In this document: positions 29,261-38,889 of the stretch, one piece after another
Numbering within the stretch: position 1 is the stretch's first letter
Layout of the letters: each line of letters begins with the position of its first letter
Assembly (NCBI GenBank): GCA_937864035.1
Contig: CALMIO010000011.1
Span: forward strand, 13,957-77,956
Reading direction: 5' to 3'
DNA length: 64,000 nucleotides
Source: an uncultured Pseudomonadota bacterium
GTDB lineage: Bacteria > Bdellovibrionota_C > UBA2361 > CALMIO01
Program-made: the position numbers and the translations under genes
Notes under the pieces: model-generated
The model's input: the letters and a program-made list of their open reading frames with translations, nothing else
Database searches by the model: none
What the model was told of the DNA's origin: nothing

Positions 29261-29974
29261 TTAAAAAGCTTCTACTTTCGCCTCTTTAATTTGGCTCAAC
29301 TCTATAAATAAGTCTTTTTTTAAATCATCTTCGCTAAGCAGTATTTTTCCCCCTCCAAACTCCTTCAACTCGCCACGTAGTAAAACACCCCCTCTCTCTT
29401 CTAAAGGAGCAAAAAGCTTTATTTTCAATATCTCCCCAACGGCTCGACGATAATGCTCGGGACGAGTCAATTTTCGGTTCACTCCGGGAGAAGAAACCTC
29501 CAATCTAAAATCATTTAAAACATCTTTAAGTGAAAGATCTTGGGCAATTGCCGAGCTAACGTAAACGCAATCATTAATTCCTATAGAACCCCCATGCTCA
29601 ATCTTTTCAATAACAACTCTTAAATACGCATTCTTTCCAATCTGATACCTCTCAAGGTGATAAACCTGCAATCCAGCAGGAGAGATTAAACGATTAAGTT
29701 TCCCTTCCAGCTTTGAAAGAGATTCGGTTAAAGGCATGGCTAGCTCTTCATCTTCCTCAACATCCTCCCTTCGAACGTCGCGCCGGAAGTTTTTTTTACT
29801 TCCATACTTTCCCTTGCGCCAAGACTCTTTGGAAAAATCTCGAGATTCAGGACGCAAACTAGCCTTGCTCCGTTTGATTGTCATCTTGTTTTTTTTTAAA
29901 TAGCGCCCCTCCTTACCGTTGCAAGCGAAAATTTTACAACAAAAAAGATCGGATAGCAGTTGCTTAACCGACAA
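29261..29974 (-). CDS. rimP: Ribosome maturation factor RimP, with a possible basic N-terminal extension
   Basis: Core LEVSSPGVNRKLTRPEHYRRAVGEILKIKL is the RimP signature. The canonical-length protein would start at the internal Met at 29737 (MPLTESL...). The ORF stays open upstream to 29974 (Arg/Lys-rich), so the true start is uncertain. Confidence 0.8.
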   Translation of the reverse strand: MSVKQLLSDLFCCKIFACNGKEGRYLKKNKMTIKRSKASLRPESRDFSKESWRKGKYGSKKNFRRDVRREDVEEDEELAMPLTESLSKLEGKLNRLISPAGLQVYHLERYQIGKNAYLRVVIEKIEHGGSIGINDCVYVSSAIAQDLSLKDVLNDFRLEVSSPGVNRKLTRPEHYRRAVGEILKIKLFAPLEERGGVLLRGELKEFGGGKILLSEDDLKKDLFIELSQIKEAKVEAF

Positions 29975-30174
29975 ACAATAATAAACGTACTGTTTGCTGA
30001 AAAACTCTCGCCGGACGGCGATAATGAAGGACTATCAATTTAGAATGCCAAATTACCTTAAAAAAAGCAAGTAAAAACGACTTCCCTTATCCAAAAAAAA
30101 GAAAAGGGCTAAGAATCGCCAAAACCTATAATTTAAGCTATAATTCCCTACCTAAGGATTTTAAAGATTATATT

Positions 30175-32007
30175 ATGATGTCGCTTGAAAAAAGCTCTTA
30201 CAAACGCTCCTTAAAATATCTACGCCCTTATAAATGGCAATTTATTCTCTCCCTAATCTTTATGATCGCATATGGAGCGACAGATGGCGGCATTCCGCTA
30301 ATCGTTAAATACACCCTAGACAAGATTTTTGTCGAAAAAGAGGTGGATATGCTTTTTTTATTACCAGCGGCGCTAGTCGTTTTTGCCATCGCGCGAGCGG
30401 TATTCGATTTCTTTCAACGCTTTCTTTCGGCAAAGATCGGTCATTTGATAGTAGCCGATCTGCGCGCCGAAATCAACCAACACCTACTTAAACAAGATCC
30501 ATCGTTTTTTGTCCATAATTCAAGCGCCGATCTGATTGCGCGCATCAATAGCGACTCATTATTGATGCGTTCTCTCCTGACAGATTCTTTGGCAACCGCT
30601 CTGCGCGATGTTGTCAGAATTATTACACTTATCGCTACCGCCTTTTACTTAGATCCACTACTGGCGCTAATTGCCATTATCATATTCCCAATGGGCGTTT
30701 TGCCGGTTGTGCGTTACGGAAAAAAAATCCGCAAATTAACACGCCTTAGCCAAGAAGGCATCGGGCAGATCTCCAGCAGACTACTAGAGAGCATTCTAGG
30801 AAATCGTGTCGTCAAGATATTCGCCGGCGAAGAATTTGAAAAAGATCGCTTTACTAAAGACAACGATCAGCTAAGCAGAGTTTTAATTAAATCTGAGCGC
30901 TTTCGAGCAATTACCGGCCCAATCAACGAAGTTCTCGCAAGCTTAGGGATCTCAGCGATTATTCTTTATGGCGGCTGGTCAGTGATTGAAGGCGCGCGCA
31001 CTCAAGGGGAGTTTATCTCGTTTTTATTAGCGATATTTCTTTTGTATGATCCATTTAAAAAACTCTCAAATCTTAACAATAATATCCAACAGAGCCTAGC
31101 GGCGGCCGACAGAGTTTTTGATCTGCTAAATTGCGAACCAACAATTAAAGACCCGATAAAGCCCGAACCACTACCAGAAGACAACAGCATTAGCATCGAA
31201 AATGTTTGCTTCAGCTACGGAGCTGGAAAAACTGAAGCTTTACGCGACATTACTCTGAGTATTCGCGCAGGCGAAAAGATAGCTTTAGTAGGATTTTCCG
31301 GATCCGGAAAAAGCACCCTAGCTGATCTTATTCCCCGCTTTATCGATCCAGAAAGCGGCACAGTCAAAATTGGCGGCGTTGATATTAGAAAATTTAAGCT
31401 ATCAGATCTAAGATCCAAAATAGGCACTGTCTCGCAACACACTTTTCTTTTCAATGACACCATTGAAAATAACATCAAATACGGCAATCCAACGGCATCA
31501 ATCGCCGAAGTCAAGCAAGCTGCCGCGGCCGCCTTTGCCGACAGCTTTATCTCGCAACTACCAAATGGCTATCAAACAATTATCGGTGAGGGAGGCTACT
31601 GCCTTTCAGGAGGCGAACGCCAAAGAATAGCAATTGCTCGAGCAATCTTAAAAAACGCTCCTATTCTGATTCTCGATGAAGCAACCGCCTCGCTTGATAA
31701 CGCTTCCGAAGAAGCGGTTGCCAAAGCCCTTGCTGGCTTAGAGCGCGGCAAACGAACAACCATAGTAATTGCTCACAGGCTTTCTACCATTCAATCAACA
31801 GATAGAATTTATGTTATGAGCAGTGGTAAAATAGTCCAAGTTGGCACCCATAACGAGCTTATTCAAATTGACAACGGCGAATATCAACGACTTTGGCGAG
31901 CCGGCTTTAGCGAAACCACTAATAACCAAGCGCATCCGGACGAAGCAAAATCAAATCCAACCCTAATAACAATCAACCAAAGCAGTCAGCCAAACAAACA
32001 AGCATAA
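30175..32007 (+). CDS. msbA: Lipid A export ABC transporter (fused permease and ATPase), MsbA-like
   Basis: 610 aa. Six-TM ABC exporter domain, Walker A GFSGSGKST, ABC signature LSGGERQRIAIARA, Walker B ILILDEATASLD. Immediately upstream of waaA and lpxK, as in the msbA-lpxK arrangement. Confidence 0.8.
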   Translation: MMSLEKSSYKRSLKYLRPYKWQFILSLIFMIAYGATDGGIPLIVKYTLDKIFVEKEVDMLFLLPAALVVFAIARAVFDFFQRFLSAKIGHLIVADLRAEINQHLLKQDPSFFVHNSSADLIARINSDSLLMRSLLTDSLATALRDVVRIITLIATAFYLDPLLALIAIIIFPMGVLPVVRYGKKIRKLTRLSQEGIGQISSRLLESILGNRVVKIFAGEEFEKDRFTKDNDQLSRVLIKSERFRAITGPINEVLASLGISAIILYGGWSVIEGARTQGEFISFLLAIFLLYDPFKKLSNLNNNIQQSLAAADRVFDLLNCEPTIKDPIKPEPLPEDNSISIENVCFSYGAGKTEALRDITLSIRAGEKIALVGFSGSGKSTLADLIPRFIDPESGTVKIGGVDIRKFKLSDLRSKIGTVSQHTFLFNDTIENNIKYGNPTASIAEVKQAAAAAFADSFISQLPNGYQTIIGEGGYCLSGGERQRIAIARAILKNAPILILDEATASLDNASEEAVAKALAGLERGKRTTIVIAHRLSTIQSTDRIYVMSSGKIVQVGTHNELIQIDNGEYQRLWRAGFSETTNNQAHPDEAKSNPTLITINQSSQPNKQA

Positions 32008-32050
32008 ATAAACTATTATTATCTTTTTCAAAATCAAGCGAGAAGATAAA

Positions 32051-33313
32051 TTGTTAAACAGTAAGAGCAAAAATCAACAAATAGATCTGTGGGTGCAAGG
32101 CTACTCATTACTTGCAAGATTCTTGGCTCCATTCGTTGCTAGCTTCCTACTATTTGATAAAAACAAAAGAAAGGGACTTAAAGAGCGATTTGGATATTGG
32201 ACGCCAATTTCGCAAAGCGCTACTCAAGAATGGATCTGGCTACATTGTGCTTCGGTTGGAGAATTAAAAGGGTTTGAACAATTAATTCCTTTACTAAAAG
32301 AGCATTTTCCAACAATCAATATTTTAATTACCACTACGACAGCAACTGGCAAAGAACGCGCCGCCAAAATGGCTGACGCGGCCCGGCTACTGCCGTTTGA
32401 CTCGTTGCCATACCTTAAACGCTCCCTGCAAAAGATCAATTTAAAAGCTCTCATTATAGCAGAAACCGAGCTTTGGCCATGTTTATTTTATTACGCCTGC
32501 GCCAACAAAATCCCCATATTTATCATCAACGGCAGAATAAGCGATCGCTCCTACAAACGTTACCAATATCTAAAAAATTTGCTCAAAAAATTGTTAAACA
32601 AAACAGAGCTAATCTGCGTTGGCAATGAGCAGGCCGCCAGCCGCTATAAAACGCTTGGAGCTCCGCCCAATAAAATTATCCTGACAGGCAGTTCAAAATA
32701 CGATCTCGAAGATCCCCATTGGCGGACACCATTTAAAGTTAACGATTTAATTAGCCAGAAGAGAGATAAACGCATCATGGTTTTAGGTAGCATCAGACCG
32801 GGCGAAGAACAAATATGGTTTCCATTGATTAGAGAATTTTCGCAAGAGTGGATCTTTTTCGTAGCGCCACGACATCCAGAACGTTTTACTTACTTCAAAG
32901 AGAATCTCCGCCAATATCAGATTGAATTTGACAATTGGAGCTTATCTCCAAAACCTTTCAAGAAAGATGTAATTTTAGTAGATACCATTGGAGTTTTACG
33001 AGATCTTTACGCGATAGCCGATCTAGCATTTATCGGCGGCACCTTAGTACCAATTGGCGGGCACGATCCGGTCGAAGCTTTGGCGCGCGGAGTGCCGATT
33101 ATTTTAGGACCGTACGTCTCAAACATTCAAGAGATCTGCCAAGCTCTGGCTGAAAGCAAAATCTTATTCCAAACTAAACAAACAGAGATTAAATCAATGC
33201 GAGAACTTCTAAGTAAAAATTACGACGGATTAGCTGAAATTTGTAAACAAATAGCTTTCGCCCACAAGGGAGCAAGCCAGCGAATCTTCTCTTTAATCAC
33301 AGAGCGGTTATGA
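32051..33313 (+). CDS. waaA: 3-deoxy-D-manno-octulosonic acid (Kdo) transferase
   Basis: 420 aa. IWLHCASVGELKGFEQLIPLL matches the KdtA N-terminal motif. GT30 C-terminal domain. Confidence 0.85.
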   Translation: MLNSKSKNQQIDLWVQGYSLLARFLAPFVASFLLFDKNKRKGLKERFGYWTPISQSATQEWIWLHCASVGELKGFEQLIPLLKEHFPTINILITTTTATGKERAAKMADAARLLPFDSLPYLKRSLQKINLKALIIAETELWPCLFYYACANKIPIFIINGRISDRSYKRYQYLKNLLKKLLNKTELICVGNEQAASRYKTLGAPPNKIILTGSSKYDLEDPHWRTPFKVNDLISQKRDKRIMVLGSIRPGEEQIWFPLIREFSQEWIFFVAPRHPERFTYFKENLRQYQIEFDNWSLSPKPFKKDVILVDTIGVLRDLYAIADLAFIGGTLVPIGGHDPVEALARGVPIILGPYVSNIQEICQALAESKILFQTKQTEIKSMRELLSKNYDGLAEICKQIAFAHKGASQRIFSLITERL

Positions 33314-34356
33314 TAATAAATTTATTCCGACTCGGTTTGTCAAAAATATTCGGAGCCGTTACCGCCATCAGAAACATGGCCTTTGATCTTGGGCTTTTTC
33401 GAACTTATCGCTCAAAATTGCCGGTTATTTCTGTCGGCAACTTAACTGTCGGCGGCAACGGCAAAACGCCTTTAACCATTAAAATTGCAGAGATAATTCA
33501 AAACACTTATGGTTTGCGGCCAGTCATTTTATCTCGCGGCTATGGCGGAAAAGAGCGGGGACCGCGACAGGTTTCAAACCAGGACACCTTCCTAACCGTT
33601 GGTGACGAACCACTGTTAATCAACAAGTATTATGGTTTTAATGTGGTTATCGCTCGAGATCGAATCCAAGGAGCAAAGTTAATTGAAAAACAAAAGCTAG
33701 GAGATGTAATAATATTAGATGATGGTTTTCAGCATCGCTGGCTTGAGCGCGATTTAAATATTTTAATTTTAGACATAACAAACGAAGCCGCCTTAAACGA
33801 ATCACTCAGAGGCAAACTCTTGCCGGCTGGATTACTCCGTGAAGATTTTAAAAAATCCCTAAAAAGAGCGAACCTGATCTGTTTATCACACAGAAAACTG
33901 ACAAACCCAAAAGAACTCCAAGAATCACCACTTAAAAAAGAGATCGAAAAGTATCTACCAGAAAATATCGCGGCATTTGCCTTATATTATGAATCATTAC
34001 TGTTTCAACCGAACGATTTTGATCGAAATCTGCCGGCCTGCACTGCAACCACCATCGCCAAGCCTGATGCTTTTATTGACTCACTGCGCGTCGCCGGAAT
34101 AAAAATAATAGATAGCCGTAAATTAAAAGATCACTCAAAAGAGCTCCCCTCGATAATTGAACAGCTTTTAAGAGAAAAAAAAGGGTCATTGATTTTTATT
34201 ACCGAAAAAGATCGAATTAAGTTAAAAGATCACTTAGATCAACGTGTCATTACGGTTAAAGCGAAAGCCAATTTGCTAGGCGCAGATAAATTATTAGATA
34301 GCCTTCAAAAAAATCTTTCTATCACCAAAATCAACTATGCCCAAAAATGCGAATAA
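33310..34356 (+). CDS. lpxK: Tetraacyldisaccharide 4'-kinase
   Basis: 348 aa. P-loop VISVGNLTVGGNGKTP typical of LpxK. 4-nt overlap with waaA. Confidence 0.85.
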   Translation: MIINLFRLGLSKIFGAVTAIRNMAFDLGLFRTYRSKLPVISVGNLTVGGNGKTPLTIKIAEIIQNTYGLRPVILSRGYGGKERGPRQVSNQDTFLTVGDEPLLINKYYGFNVVIARDRIQGAKLIEKQKLGDVIILDDGFQHRWLERDLNILILDITNEAALNESLRGKLLPAGLLREDFKKSLKRANLICLSHRKLTNPKELQESPLKKEIEKYLPENIAAFALYYESLLFQPNDFDRNLPACTATTIAKPDAFIDSLRVAGIKIIDSRKLKDHSKELPSIIEQLLREKKGSLIFITEKDRIKLKDHLDQRVITVKAKANLLGADKLLDSLQKNLSITKINYAQKCE

Positions 34357-35434
34357 GCCAAAAATATTATTTTTAGCTGATCAATTAGATCTTCCTGAAA
34401 CTCGGTTAGCAATCGAGCTACATCGCCGCAAATATAAACTTGAAGTTGTCTTAAGCGCTAATTCGGAAAAATCAGCCATTTTCTCTGAAGCGGGAATCCC
34501 AACGCATACAATTAAAATCCATCACCGTTTTGATTTAAGGGCCGCCCAAAAAATAAGGCAAATAATAAATCGCTCTAAAATCTCACTGGTTCACTGTTTT
34601 TCGGCAAAAGCCTTAAGCGTCGCCTTAATAGCGATTCGTCGTTTAAAACAGATCAAATTGACTGCTTATAGAGGTGTCGTTGGTGGTCTCTCTCGTCTCG
34701 ATCCAGCTGCTAGACTCTCTTTTCTCCATCCACGAATATCTGGAATCATAGCTGTTGCGGAAGCGGTACGCGAATCTTTAATCGCTTTAAAAGTCCCAAG
34801 CGCAAAAATCAAGACTGTTTACAAAGGACACTGCGCCGAATGGTATCTTCCCTCTTACGCGCGGGAAATCTGGAGCGCTTTTGGAATAAATCGAAATACC
34901 TTGATTATCCAATGCACCGCCAACGTCCGCGCCAATAAAGGAATCGATCTACTAATCGAAGCAGTTCATAATCAACCACAATTATCATTAGTTTTAGTTG
35001 GCACCCTTTCTCAAAAAAATTTGATCAAAAAAATTAAACGCGCCAACCAAAGGTTAAAAAATATCTTTCACTTAGGCTACAGAGAAGATGCCGCCAAACT
35101 TGCAGGAGCGGCCGATGTAATAACTCTAACTTCGCGAAAAAAAGAAGGTCTTCCCAAAAGCATCATTGAAGGAATGGTTCAGGGCGTACCAGCGGTAGTG
35201 ACCGCAGTCGGCGGAATGCGCGAACTGGTAGAAAACAACATCTCCGGAATTGTGGTTGAAGAGAACACTTCATCGAAACTACGAGAAATTTTTTTGAAGC
35301 TCGCTTGCGACGATGAACTGCGAAAACGTTTAGGAAACGAAGCTCGCCAAAGAATTCTTTCAAAATTCTCGTTTGAGGAAACAGTCATCCAAACGGAGCT
35401 TTTCTTTGAAAGAATTTTAAATGATAATAGATAA
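34337..35434 (+). CDS. Glycosyltransferase family 4 (probable LPS core glycosyltransferase)
   Basis: 365 aa. GT1 C-terminal domain EGLPKSIIEGMVQGVPAVVTAVGGMRELVENNISGIVVE. Overlaps the lpxK stop, indicating an operon with the lipid A genes. Confidence 0.8.
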   Translation: MPKNANKPKILFLADQLDLPETRLAIELHRRKYKLEVVLSANSEKSAIFSEAGIPTHTIKIHHRFDLRAAQKIRQIINRSKISLVHCFSAKALSVALIAIRRLKQIKLTAYRGVVGGLSRLDPAARLSFLHPRISGIIAVAEAVRESLIALKVPSAKIKTVYKGHCAEWYLPSYAREIWSAFGINRNTLIIQCTANVRANKGIDLLIEAVHNQPQLSLVLVGTLSQKNLIKKIKRANQRLKNIFHLGYREDAAKLAGAADVITLTSRKKEGLPKSIIEGMVQGVPAVVTAVGGMRELVENNISGIVVEENTSSKLREIFLKLACDDELRKRLGNEARQRILSKFSFEETVIQTELFFERILNDNR

Positions 35435-35512
35435 AGTCCGGCAGGCTTGAAAAAATAAACAATTCGATTTACTCTCTGATTTTACATTAATTTTTACTAC
35501 CAACTACCACGA

Positions 35513-35586
35513 GGCGACGTAGCTCAGCTGGCCAGAGCACAGAACTCATAATTCTGGGGTCGGTGGTTCGAGTCCACCCGTCGCTA
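35513..35586 (+). tRNA. tRNA with CAU anticodon (tRNA-Met elongator or tRNA-Ile2 lysidine type)
   Basis: Cloverleaf read by eye: acceptor GGCGACG/CGTCGCU (G1:U72), D-arm GCUC-AGCUGGCCA-GAGC, anticodon stem CAGAA/UUCUG with loop CUCAUAA, T-arm GGUGG-UUCGAGU-CCACC, discriminator A. It lacks the 3 G-C pairs in the anticodon stem that mark an initiator. Confidence 0.85.
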
Positions 35587-35594
35587 TTAAATCA

Positions 35595-35900
35595 AAAGCT
35601 AGCTCTCTGTGAAAAATGGTATTTTTTTTTCAAGAAGAGAGCAGGTAGAAAATGTATTTTTATTTTCTAAGCAGAGGACAGAAAGGGAGAAATTTTATTA
35701 AGAGAGTAAAATTTCTAGAAAATTTGCGTGAAAAGGTTGTTTTTTAAACCAGACTTCCCTCAATAGAAGTTAAAAATTAGTTTCTAGTTTCAAAATCTTA
35801 ACCAATCCGCCGCAGGAGGCGAGCAAGTTTGCAGGCGGCGCCAGCAAAAAGAGAGTTCATAAATCTGTCAAGTTTTCCGTTAAGATAATTTTTACCAAGC
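35595..35900 (-). repeat. Intergenic mosaic repeat, copy C (inverted), immediately 3' of the tRNA
   Basis: The reverse complement of 35640-35900 aligns end to end with 61600-61815 and with 15290-15410, and 35825-35895 aligns with 8440-8520. No ORF. Confidence 0.65.
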
Positions 35901-36238
35901 CTGAATCACCTCTCTTTCGTACCTTCTTCTCCTAATCTTCTTGCGCTATCTACTTAACTGCGACCGGTCGCGCGGTGGAGAAACGGGCTAGACTTAAATA
36001 TTTAGCAGGCGCACAACTACTATATAAACCTATATATAGCTCTATCAAACTTTCGACTCCTTGAACGTTTCAACAGTTTAAAATCTAGATTTTATTTAAG
36101 CCCGATCGATTTATACAAGAAACTCTTAATAATAATAATAATATCAACCTCTATCAAAAAGTGGCCATATCTACTACAGGTCTTCTCTAAACATTAACTT
36201 TAAGCTTTAAAAACGATAGCAACCTAATAAAAATAAAC

Positions 36239-36787
36239 ATGTCACAAAACCGTGGTTTTACCCTAATTGAACTACTGATGGTCGTTCTAATGATTGGCAT
36301 CATAACCGCTATCGCTATTTCATCATACGAAGAGTTTAGATTTAGAGCATATATTAGCAAAACACAATCTGGCTTAAATACCTTAAGAACTGGTCAAGAG
36401 GCATATTACATAGATAACAACAATTACGTTGACTGCGTCGATCAAGTTATCGATGGTAACGAAGTTGGCTCTCCAGATATGGATTTTTGCTATAACATTC
36501 TTCCGGGCGTTACAAAACTAACAAACAATTTCGCTCCTTACGGAACCTTAAGTTTTATCTGCTCAACATCTGGAGATCCATCAATCCAGGGCTACCTGTG
36601 TTCAGGAGAGGTGTTTAACGATTATTTCGCAGATAGAGAGGAACCAAGAGTACAATGCCAACTATCAAGTTTTATCGACTCGTCCATTAGCGCTTTCAAC
36701 ACCGATATTTCCTGTCGATGGCGATCCCCGCCATCGTTATTTGGAGGAGGAGGTGGTGGTGGTGGTCCAGTAACGGTCGATGAATGA
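36239..36787 (+). CDS. Type IV pilin / pseudopilin-like protein (prepilin N-terminal methylation motif) with six Cys and a C-terminal poly-Gly tract
   Basis: N-terminal MSQNRGFTLIELLMVVLMIGIITAIAISSYEEF is the class III signal peptide (G|FTLIELL). The C-terminal ...SLFGGGGGGGGPVTVDE is encoded by a (GGN)8 tract at 36744-36767. Confidence 0.8.
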   Translation: MSQNRGFTLIELLMVVLMIGIITAIAISSYEEFRFRAYISKTQSGLNTLRTGQEAYYIDNNNYVDCVDQVIDGNEVGSPDMDFCYNILPGVTKLTNNFAPYGTLSFICSTSGDPSIQGYLCSGEVFNDYFADREEPRVQCQLSSFIDSSISAFNTDISCRWRSPPSLFGGGGGGGGPVTVDE

Positions 36788-36811
36788 ACGCCGCAAAAAA
36801 TAACCTTTACC

Positions 36812-38560
36812 TTAAGTGACAATTGCCCCTAAATTAAGTTCAGCTTGTATTCTTTGAACCTCTTTGCGAATCTTAAATTTAGAAGTCATCGTCAAAGACA
36901 ACACGTTTTCAGCCATAGCGCCAGCCACTAAAACCTCTTCGCTGGCGACAGCAGAAGCTCCAGCATTTGCCAGATGATTCCTGTCTCGTTCATAATGACA
37001 ACGAACAAAGGTTGGAATCGGTCTTGCAACACCCCGAGCAGATTGTAAAATAGCCATGGTCGTTTCGATCGATGACATTGTTAAAATAAGATAATTAGCC
37101 CGATCGAGTCCGGCACTTTCAAGAATGTCTTTGCGAACCGCATCACCAAAAACAACTCTTATACCCTTAGCCTGAAGCTCAAAAACCGTGTTGATATTCA
37201 TCTCAATAACCAAAACCTCAACTCGCATTTCAGCAAAAACCTTAGCAACGGTTCGCCCAACAATTCCATAACCAACAATAATTGCCACACCCCTAGAGCT
37301 AGAACCACCTGCGACGCCTAAGGGGTCTGTAGCTCCAGCCATAACATAAGCGGCTTTTCTATCAAGCCATCTGCGAATTGGAGCTGCCTGCATCAATAAT
37401 GGTTCCAAAGAAAGAAATTTCTTAAAAACATAAGAATTAAGGCTAATCGATACGATCGCCGAAGCTATCAAAACCGTTTGCCCATAATCAGGCATCAATT
37501 TCAATTGTTTGCCAACTTCAGCCAAAATAAAGGAAAACTCACCTATTTGAGCCAAAGCGGCCGCTACCGTTAACCCTATTTTTAACGGATAACCAAAGAA
37601 AAAAACTATCAAAAAAGCAGTCAGCGGCTTAACCACCAGCACTATAAAAAGAACTCCGAGAGTTAGCCAAGGATAATCAATTAGGACTCGATAATCGAAT
37701 AACATTCCGGCAGCAACAAAAAACAAGACAGCAAACGCGTCGCGCATAGGCAAAATATCCGAAGCCGCCTGGTGGCTAACCGATGATTGGCCAACAACCA
37801 TACCAGCCAAAAAAGCCCCCAAAGCCATCGAGGTTCCAAACACAAGATAAGAAAAAGCCGCGATTGAGATCGATAAGACTAAAACTGTCAAAGTAAAAAG
37901 CTCTTGCGAGCGCAATCTGGCAACTTGCGTCAATAATTTAGGAATTAATTTTCCTCCCGCAACCATAACTATTACGCAGAGAAGCGAAAATTTGAGAGCG
38001 GCCAGAGCTATCGCCTTTGTAAAACTGAGATCGCCGGTTTTCGTAACAGCCAAAATTGGCAACAACACCAAAACCAAGATCGTTATAATGTCTTCGACCA
38101 AAAGCCAGCCAATAGCAACATGCCCTTGCGGGGAATCGACAACATTGTTGTCAATCAAAACTTTAACAAGAACAACTGTACTAGCCACCGAAGTGGCTAT
38201 GCCCAAAACCAAGCCGCCATTTAGATCCCAACCAACCAAATTAGCAAGCACAACGCCGCAAATAGCCGCCGCCAAGCTTTGTCCAACGGCGCCCGGAATG
38301 GCTATCGAACGAACCGCCAAAAGATCTTTCAGACGAAAGTGCAAACCAACAGCGAACATCAAAAGTATAACTCCAAGCTCTCCGAGTTGACTTGCAATCT
38401 TGATATCACCGACAAAACCGGGAGCATGCGGCCCGATAGCAATACCGGCAACCAGATAACCAACCAATGGCTGTAAACCTAATCTTTTCGCAATCAAGGC
38501 AAAAAAAAGCGCAAATGCTAAGCCATAAGCTATGGTTTGTATAAGGGTTATTTCGTGCAT
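36812..38560 (-). CDS. Monovalent cation:proton antiporter-2 (CPA2) family K+ efflux protein with C-terminal RCK/TrkA-N domain (KefB/KefC-like)
   Basis: 582 aa. N-terminal 12-13 TM Na_H exchanger domain. RCK Rossmann motif IIVGYGIVGRTVAKVF. Confidence 0.85.
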   Translation of the reverse strand: MHEITLIQTIAYGLAFALFFALIAKRLGLQPLVGYLVAGIAIGPHAPGFVGDIKIASQLGELGVILLMFAVGLHFRLKDLLAVRSIAIPGAVGQSLAAAICGVVLANLVGWDLNGGLVLGIATSVASTVVLVKVLIDNNVVDSPQGHVAIGWLLVEDIITILVLVLLPILAVTKTGDLSFTKAIALAALKFSLLCVIVMVAGGKLIPKLLTQVARLRSQELFTLTVLVLSISIAAFSYLVFGTSMALGAFLAGMVVGQSSVSHQAASDILPMRDAFAVLFFVAAGMLFDYRVLIDYPWLTLGVLFIVLVVKPLTAFLIVFFFGYPLKIGLTVAAALAQIGEFSFILAEVGKQLKLMPDYGQTVLIASAIVSISLNSYVFKKFLSLEPLLMQAAPIRRWLDRKAAYVMAGATDPLGVAGGSSSRGVAIIVGYGIVGRTVAKVFAEMRVEVLVIEMNINTVFELQAKGIRVVFGDAVRKDILESAGLDRANYLILTMSSIETTMAILQSARGVARPIPTFVRCHYERDRNHLANAGASAVASEEVLVAGAMAENVLSLTMTSKFKIRKEVQRIQAELNLGAIVT

Positions 38561-38889
38561 AAATAATCAAAGGACTGTGGGCGATCAGTAAGATCACTAT
38601 AACAGCTCATAAGCTAGTTAAGAAAGTCTAATCTTCTTCTATAGAGGGGAGTTTTTTAAAACAAAACTTCAAAGGCAATCTTGCTAGTTTCAACCTGATT
38701 TTAAAAAATTCATATCAGATAGAAAAAACTTAGAAACAATGGCAAACGCCGCCAAAGACATCAAATCAAGGCTATTTTCGCAAAAATACGAGAAAATAGC
38801 AGACAAACAACAAAAAACCCCTAAAAAAAAATCTTCCAGCTGACGACTATAACACCTAGGAGATTTTTTTGGTCCGGAGGTGTTATAAG

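Noticed and set aside
36744-36767. GGAGGAGGAGGTGGTGGTGGTGGT tract considered as CRISPR or other direct-repeat array
   Set aside because: It is a simple trinucleotide tract encoding poly-Gly inside the pilin ORF. It has no spacers and no Cas genes, so it is not a CRISPR array.
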